Assembly (NCBI RefSeq): GCF_001194135.2
Contig: NC_069001.1
Location: 28,453,998 to 28,517,997, forward strand
DNA: 64,000 bases
Direction: 5' to 3'
From: Octopus bimaculoides
Lineage: Eukaryota
A program made the translations under genes and the position numbers. Under the pieces are notes generated by a model. The model saw only the letters and a program-made list of their open reading frames with translations, did not search any database and was not told the origin of the DNA. This document shows positions 55,054 to 64,000 of this stretch, in pieces. Numbering within the stretch: position 1 is the stretch's first letter; the number at the start of each line of letters is the position of its first letter.

Positions 55054-57316
55054 GAGTGCGTGTATACGCTTGTGAGTCCGTCTGTGTATGCGTTCACATC
55101 TTAACATTTGTGCGCGTGTTTGTGCCTGTGTGTTTGTGTATGCGTGCAGAAGGAAAATGTTTGATAGTAGATGGTTACCTTAGGAACACGTTTGATCAGA
55201 GCTGATCTGAAGCCAAATAACACCCAATAACAGTTTTTTTTTTATTTTTATTTTATCCAGTCATCGTTCATCACATGACGAAACGGCATGTATTTTGGTA
55301 CGGAACATAGGCTTCTGTCTTTGAAGTTTCACCTTTGTTGAGAATTAGATTTTGGCGGATTCTCTTCCCGATACTCTCTTCCAGTACTTATTGTAATTAT
55401 TTCTCTGTTATTCCAGAACAATACTTTAATTTTGGTGCGATATCTACTGTTCAACGACCTTTGCAATGTCTTTCAGTGTCGCACTAAGCGTACATATGTA
55501 CTAACATATCAATATACTAGTTATGCCGTTCGCTTTATATGAACATTATCTAATATTTCTCTGTTTAATAAATTATTTCTGTATGATATTAGTTCTACTT
55601 TAATATCTCGTAAACTTATCTGTGATTGCATTCATATATCATTCTGCAGAAATGTACTGTGTGTGTGTTTTTTGTTTTACTTTTTTATGTTTTTTTGGTA
55701 GGGTATTTATCTCGCAATATTTTTTTTCCATTCTAGTATAGGAAATACGCCTTGCTCAATATTTATGCTTTTATTTATTTTTTCATAAATTTAATGATAC
55801 AGATACCAATCAAATAATGTTGTGACATAATCGATATTTTCATATATCAAGCTGACTGATTCTCCTTTTTTGATATGTCATAATTCTTATCATCCTCTTC
55901 TCGTCATCGTCATCATCATCAGCAGCAGCATCTTCGTTCTCAACATCACCATCACCAACAGCACCGTTATCATTTATCTCTTCCTTCTCATAGTTCAACA
56001 ACAACAACAAAGGTGTCATGGAAATTACCATACATCACCGATATTATCACCATCGTCATCGTCCCCGCCACTTCTCCTTTCCGTCGGTGGTGCTGGTGTC
56101 GTTGATGTTCTTGATGCTGGTATTGTCACAATAGTATCATTTCCTGTGATCCATTTCTACCCTAAAAGCCATATAACGCAAGAACCACCTCTAAAACTCT
56201 TTTCATTATTCACTGTTATATTTCACACAATCGCATTCACCATGTCCTCACGAGGAAAACTCGGGGCTTATATATATATATGATGAGGTATGCCAGTACT
56301 TGCAGCTATGTGTTTGTACAGTATCATATAATCCTAATATTTTGGAAGGACACGTTGGATAATAGCCATAAATACAAAATTGATCGTGAAAACAGTTAAA
56401 AGTTTTCGTTATGAGACCACCTGATGCCCGGCCAGTGCTATGCACACTTATACACAAAAGCTAATCCTAAACATTATCACTATGAAAGTGACACATTTTA
56501 AGACATTAATTTCGATGTTGTAGATGATTGGTAAAATTACCTCGAGGTCAACACTGACAAAACAGATCCCTACGTCCAAAATCGCTCCCACATAAACATG
56601 TGTTTTTTCTTTTTGGTGTTTGCCTATATACGCGCACTGACACACACATACACACACAAAGGGAATCGTTGCGCGGTTTTTCTCTGTCTTCGTTACTCCA
56701 TTCTCTCTCCATTTTTCCTGTCATTCCTTTCTCTCGAACACTATAGAGACGAAACGTCNNNNNNNNNNNNNNNNNNNNNNNNNNNNNNNNNNNNNNNNNN
56801 NNNNNNNNNNNNNNNNNNNNNNNNNNNNNNNNNNNNNNNNNNNNNNNNNNNNNNNNNNNNNNNNNNNNNNNNNNNNNNNNNNNNNNNNNNNNNNNNNNNN
56901 NNNNNNNNNNNNNNNNNNNNNNNNNNNNNNNNNNNNNNATATATCATTCTCAGAATTCATGTATTGTTGTGCGGGGACTTCATATATTGTGGTCACTTGA
57001 ACATTTTTATTTGACAATACCTTTCTATACTTTAAGCGAAACGATTTAAAAATTTGCTAATCGGATAATTTTAATTTCTTCTTACCCACGTATACCAGTG
57101 GCGGATTATTCAAGCGGTTAATATTTTACAAGAATATGAGGCATATCTTAAAATTTTATGTTGCTAGAGAGGAATCGGAGCTCAATGTAATATTACGCTG
57201 TCAATATCTTAGACTATTTTCTCGTAATTATTGTCATGAACATAAATATCAATATTATTTGAAACATAGGAGAAGGGGGAAATGAAGTTTTGCTTATTTG
57301 CATATACATACATACA

Positions 57317-57366
<50 letters not shown>

Positions 57367-58688
57367 ATATGTGTATCTATATGTGCATATACGCATAAAC
57401 ATATATATACACATTCACACATATATCTATATATACATATTTACATCATATATATATATATAAAGATAAATGGACACAATTACGCACGTAGGGAAGTATG
57501 TGTGTGTGCACGCGCTTGCGTGGGTGATGTGTGCATGTGAGGTGTGTAAATGTGCAAATTTCTGCATGAGTGTATGTATGGGCATTTGAATGCGTGCGTT
57601 TGTGTATTGGGAAATGTTATTGTAGATCTATTATTTCTCGTGTCCCTCTACGTGTGAATGTGTCGTAAATGACAGTGAAAGGTAAAAACCGCTAAGCGAC
57701 TTTTCCTGTAGATAAAAACACGGCATTGCAATCCAATCTGGCACAACGCGTCACAACTCGTTGCTGCTTGATTATAAGAATATTTTTTTTCTCTCTTCTC
57801 AAAAAGCTTTTTCAGCTTTCCCTCTCAGTTTACGGTATTGGACATCGATTTACACTTGCTCATTTTGTGGTGGCTGAATATATAGATTATGGTTATATAT
57901 AAGGTCGTTCATTTCTCTTTAGAAATAAGACGATAAATTCACGTACACATAAATAAAACGAAACACAAAAATACCCGTTCATTTGCGAAGAAATAGAATG
58001 ATAGTGACATAATATTTTCTTTTTCCTTATAGTTTTCGAAATAAATAATTTTGCGTTTCATATTGTTCTCGTTTCATTCTTCTACTTTTCTTATGACAGT
58101 AAGAGTTGTTAAGAATCCACATACAAGTTCCTTGCATTATATTCTAACGATAAATGCAAGCCCTTTCTTCCTGTATTTCCGGGACGTTCAGAACATGTTT
58201 TTGTGTCTATATTATCTTCATTCCCAGCACGAGTTGCTCTTCATATCATAGCGTTCAATTCTTCGGTGCCCTTTTAAAATTCTTCTATCAGAGTCATACG
58301 CATTCTTCTTTGGGATTTGTTTTTACAAAGATTACTTTCTCTCTATTCTCTCCCCCCCTCCTTCATTCTCCCTCTTTCTCCTCCTTTAGTGCTTTTGATT
58401 ATGTTATAAGGAAAATGTATCAATACATTATTGGTTTTCGTTCGATAACCATTCATTTACTTGATGTTGTAAACCAAGGTATAACATTGTAACTTTTTTT
58501 CTTTTTATGATGAATTTCTCTTAGGTTTTCTTTCATGCTTTTATCCAACATTCTCTTACCTATTTGAATTTGAATCTGCTATGTTTAGATTATTCCATGC
58601 CCTGGTCGCTATTCTTCTTATCGAAAGCACAAAACCATTTTCTATATTCATTTATTTACTTAATATTCATTTCAATTATACATACATG

Positions 58689-58748
<60 letters not shown>

Positions 58749-58845
58749 NNNNNNNNNNNNNNNNNNNNNNNNNNNNNNNNNNNNNNNNNNNNNNNNNNNN
58801 NNNNNNNNNNNNNNNNNNNNNNNNNNNNNNNNNNNNNNNNNNNNN

Positions 58846-58893
<48 letters not shown>

Positions 58894-59231
58894 CATGTAC
58901 CTTAATTCTGAATACAGTATTCCCTTTCTGAGAGCGATTATAAGACAATGGACTATCAATGCGTAGGCAGCATAATTCATGCCTCTACTTTATGTAAAAC
59001 ATGATAAATAACTTGCACAACTTCATGATATAAATGGCTTCAAGTTCGATTTTTTTCTCTTACCAGCATTATGCACGAGCACATAAATTGCGTATTAAAT
59101 GAAAGGCAGGTCATATCACATCTGTTTCTGACGTTTTCAACTTTGAATATAACATTTAGCGCTAAATATAATATTTTACATGTTTAGCTCTTCAACAATC
59201 GCGTATTTAGAACATATAATATTATCTGCAG

Positions 59232-59373
59232 TCAGCCGCGGTAGACTTTGCATTTCATACTTTCGGGGTCGATAAATTAAGTACCAGCTGGTACTGGGGT
59301 TGATCTAATCAAATGTCCCCCCCTCTCACTTCACCAAAAACTTCAGGCCTTGTGCCTAGAGTAAGAAAAGAAG
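59232..59373 (+). mobile_element. 5'-truncated SINE family A with 14-bp TSD
   Basis: Direct repeat AATATTATCTGCAG at 59218-59231 and 59374-59387. Confidence 0.8.
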
Positions 59374-59392
59374 AATATTATCTGCAGGAACA

Positions 59393-59605
59393 TAAGGCGG
59401 CGACCTGGCAAAGCAGTTAATTTTCCAGGCAAAAAGGTTAGTGACATTTTGTCGCGTTTTACGTTCTGAGTTCGAATTTCGCCGCGGTCGACTTTGCTTT
59501 TCATCTATTCGAGATCGATAACATGGGTATCAGAGTCGATTTAATCGATCAACTTGCACTACCTCTCGAAATTACTGGCTTTGGGCCAAAATTTGAAACC
59601 AGTAT
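59393..59605 (+). mobile_element. Degraded SINE family A
   Basis: aaggcggcgacctggcaaag...tacgttctgagttcgaatttcgccgcggtcgactttgc...aaatttgaaacc. Confidence 0.7.
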
Positions 59606-61384
59606 TATCGGAAAGAAATTAGAGTTAACTTGCCGAAGAATATCGACACATATTTATTAGTGTAACCAAAATGATGGCCGGGATATTGGCTTCCGTTGCA
59701 TTGAATTTTCTATATCTACTTGACAAACCACCTACATCTGCATAAGGTATACTGAACCCTTTTGAAACCAACCTACCCATGACCACCCTTGTCTATATGA
59801 TACAACTTAATAATTTAAATTAAAATCTCCCGATGAGATTTCATATTTATTAACATTCCAGACATCAAATTAAATCATTAACTTAATGACAGAGATACTC
59901 TACTAAATAAGATGTAAGGAAATAAAATGTACAAACATGAAAAATAAATATTCACTGTTGATAGTTGGAAATGGCGCTATATATTTTAGCGCAAATGTCG
60001 ATTTGAAAGCGCAATTTTTAGGACTTGTAATATTGCAAGTGTCACCATCCTTTCATATGTTCTCACATTGTATTTAGATCTCCTCTATCCAGCAATCGAG
60101 GTGTTCTTTATGATTTGGGTATGAGTTAAAGTGGTTGTCATTTCTATCTGGTCCAGCGAATACGAAGTTAACCTTTTTCTGGTTTGTATAATTACCCGTA
60201 AACACCTTTGAAGAGGAAGAGTATTATAGAACATATTCATCCTTTCTAACACCGAAAGCGACGGTTGGAACTTAAGAATATATCATTTCACTCTTGTATT
60301 TGTTTTACAAGGTTCTTGATCCTAGAATATAATTTTGGAGAATATATTTCTCACGCTATATACCCAAGGAGCTAATGAAAATGTGTGAGGTATAAACTTG
60401 TAATGCTTTCCAATATTCCAACACAATTCATCTCTCTTTCAATATATACCTGTTCATGGTATATTCGCTCGCTCACTCGATATTCACTGCTGTCAAGATT
60501 CTTTAAATACACTTGTGATAATATTAGCTAAATATAGGTCGCCGAATGAAAATTAATGTTATCTTCTACTTCGACCTCTTCCGTTTTCATAAGAAGAAAG
60601 TTCACAAGCTAAGTGACGCTATGCAGTTAACATTGACCAATACGATTTCGTTGTTGGTGCCTATTTTCGGCAATGTCAGCTGCAATGTTAAATCTAATAT
60701 TTTATCTCACAAGACCATCATTAACTTGGCAAACATATGCCTTTCCTAAAGATTCTTCAGTACAATGAGATTTTAGAGTTTTAGATTTTGTGATTAAGAA
60801 AAATTTCCGTTAGTGCATTTCGTCTTTTTAAAGAACATCCGGTGAAATTTTATATTTTTCTAAGTAAATATAATTTGACTGAGCCAGTCAACATAATCAC
60901 ATTATTGCTTAGACACGTAAGTGCGTTTCAATTTATGACAGCCTGTAGGTGATGTAACCTTTGAATTCCCAATTTTGGAGCTATGGATTCTCTTTCTAAC
61001 TAATGCAACTTTTAAGTTACTGGACAGACTCATTAAATTTTCTTCGTTTGGATATGGACGCATTGTGAATGAAAAGCGGTATATATTTCACCATAAGTTG
61101 TAGGCTCTTGTATATGTTTTCGTAATTGAGTGTTACCGCATTCAAATTGAGATATTTATTAGTATGACAGCTACAAGAATAGACAAGCAATGTGATATCG
61201 TTGAAGGAACGTTGCAAAAGTGATACGCCATTACATCGCATGATTACAAACGTGTTAACTCTAATACATATTAACCGCACACGTAGAATGGAATTCGAAA
61301 GATTACATTCATTCGTTGTTAAGTATATATATGTGTCGGTGCATGTGCGTATGTGAGTTAGAATGTTTGCATGCATACATTTCT

Positions 61385-61419
<35 letters not shown>

Positions 61420-61420
61420 C

Positions 61421-61474
<54 letters not shown>

Positions 61475-62665
61475 AGTACTCTGCCTGTCATTGTGTATGT
61501 ATTTGTCTCCGACCACCGCTTGCGAACCAGTGTTGGTTTGTACATTTCCCTGTTACTTCGCGATACCGCAAATGATCTGAAAGAATAAATCGCACCCTTT
61601 AAAAAGAAAAGGGTCCTGGAGCAGACTCCTGTGACTAAAAGACCTTTCAAGGTGGTGCCACATTATGTTTGTAGTCCAATGACTTCAGTTAAATATAAAA
61701 ATATATATAATTTCTTCAAAACTAATTCGATGTAAATTCAGCCAGAAGTTGTAAATCGACACCTTATAGCAACTATGGCTTATATATATATAAGTTTTTG
61801 AGATTTCATAGTTAAATAATGTAAAATATAATTATTAAAATTCAACAAAATAATAAAGAAAGAATTAAGATTTGGTACACTAGATTTAGAACAATGATCG
61901 GTAAGCATGACAATAAGATTACGACAAAATGAAATTTTTAAGATATAGCTTGAAGGATGTGTGATTTTCGTTAGAAACAACGCGACGCTATATCAAAAGA
62001 AAAGTGTTGATAATTGGAAGCGAAGATCTTCGAAGTACTAAAGATAAGTACAGGAGCAAGTAGAGCAAAATTAGTATTAACTATTGAAAATATCAGAGAA
62101 AGAAATAAAACAGAGACAAAAGTGTTAACGCTGACGTAAAATGAAATGCTTCAACAATAATGATACACAACAAAGCCGTCAATAACGTGTATAAAAAAGA
62201 AAAAAAATTCATCTCGGTGACAGAGTAAAACAAACGTTGCAAATATATTTATTAGTGTCTATACATGTTTTAAACATTTTTATAGCAAATTTCTAAAACG
62301 AAACACAAAGCAAATATTTTGACACTCGACGAATCACAGCATCTCATATGCATTCATACAAACAGATATAAATAATCCCAAAAAGAAATCATAAGAGAGA
62401 GAGGGGAAAAAACTAGACTGATTTATGTTTAAGAAAAACACTTCACTGTCTTTTGCGTTTACAACTTCGCAACTGTGATGTAGTTTTTAATACACATTTG
62501 ATTTATTTAAGTTTTTCAATATGAAAGTCCCCACAATCATTGTATTTACTTCGTACGAAGTTTTAATACTTGCTTTCTATAATGACACTTTAGTCACATG
62601 AAGCTAGGGAAGCTTAATATTTCAAAGGAAATAAAATATGCCGCTGGTCGTTATGAAGGACATTA

Positions 62666-62705
<40 letters not shown>

Positions 62706-64000
62706 ATTCCGAAGTGTATAGTATTGAATATCAATCACAGCTGGTCTTGAAAATCAGTTTCGCGCATAGAAGACAGTAGAGTGTTAGGTAGCAAGCCGAT
62801 TATATAACTTTACGCTCATAAGAGTTAGCTGTTATGGAAGGGAATATGGCGATTGTTCTCTATAGTCGGAGGTGGATTCGTGCAGCCTGGCAGAAGTTGT
62901 TGTGAAAAAGGTGGTGGAAAGAAAAATTGGCCAGGAAATTAGTTAAGGAGCTATGTCCCCTATTTAGTTACAATGTGAAGCCGGCAAATGTTATCTTGAA
63001 GTGGATAAAGTTTGTATGATTAATGTGGTTCTTCTGTATTTGTTTTGAGAAAAGAAGGTAGTCGAAATTTTGGATAATTCTAAGTTAAGTCCCCGTAATC
63101 TAGCAGTTCGGAAAAAGTGAACGATAGAATAAGTACTAGGCGTACAAAGAATAAATCCTTGGGCCGAATAGTTCAACTTAAGTCAATGCTACAGCATGGC
63201 TACAGTCAAATTAAGATTTCGCTCTTATTTCTAGTAATATAGGTGCTTCCTAACACTCTAGTCACATACACGCACGCACGCACGCATGCACACACACACA
63301 CNNNNNNNNNNNNNNNNNNNNNNNNNNNNNNNNNNNNNNNNNNNNNNNNNNNNNNNNNNNNNNNNNNNNNNNNNNNNNNNNNNNNNNNNNNNNNNNNNNN
63401 NNNNNNNNNNNNNNNNNNNNNNNNNNNNNNNNNNNNNNNNNNNNNNNNNNNNNNNNNNNNNNNNNNACTTCTAGTACGTGACTGCGAAAAGAAGGCCACA
63501 GAGGACTCTTTTGGGATCAAAATACATGTGTATATGTGGGTGGGCCCGCTGGTCTGTGTGTATGCCATTTCGTCCAGACTTCGTGTGATAGATGTAAACG
63601 TGTAGTACTGTGATACAAGCGGTATCGTTTCATATTTAATTGAAAACATTTCCGGGCATGAATAATTTTGACCTTTCTTAGAAACAATGGATGATCGGCG
63701 AAAATGATGATATGCGTTCGTAGAAAAATTGGCTCAACGAATCCCATGTGACCAGTGCAAGCATGGGAAAGTGGATTATAAATATCTATGTTCATGATGA
63801 CTGCGGCGGCGACGACTACGATGCTAATGATGCTGATGATTGCTCTACAGAAATAATTATAGCTGCTTTCATAGACTCTAAAACGCGTCTATTTATGGTA
63901 AAGTTGGAGGACTGATAAACAACATGGGGATATTCGAATTGAGAGCCATAGTGACACCAAGTGGAAAATTAGTAGCAATTCATACGGAGATATATCATTT

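Noticed and set aside
61036-61105. SSFGYG resembling a K+ channel selectivity filter
   Set aside because: No pore helix, no splice sites and an early stop.

Overview
AT-rich animal genomic DNA from a gapped draft assembly (many N-runs, most bordered by (TA)n/(CA)n). The repeat content resembles octopus/cephalopod SINE families as I recall them; this taxon call is inference. No long ORF in the six-frame track is credible: they are microsatellite, trinucleotide or N-gap read-throughs. Supported by the sequence: (i) many tRNA-type SINEs of about five families, several with 14-15 bp target-site duplications; (ii) an internally deleted piggyBac-like element with TTAA sites; (iii) a 127-bp Tc1/mariner MITE; (iv) a full-length but mutated U6 snRNA copy abutting the 5' end of a same-strand SINE; (v) several local tandem duplications and higher-order microsatellites; (vi) a probable, unidentified multi-exon gene on the minus strand. 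Its best-supported part is the 3' end (395-1459). Upstream exons were called by eye from splice signals only and are tentative, because short chance exons are common in DNA like this.
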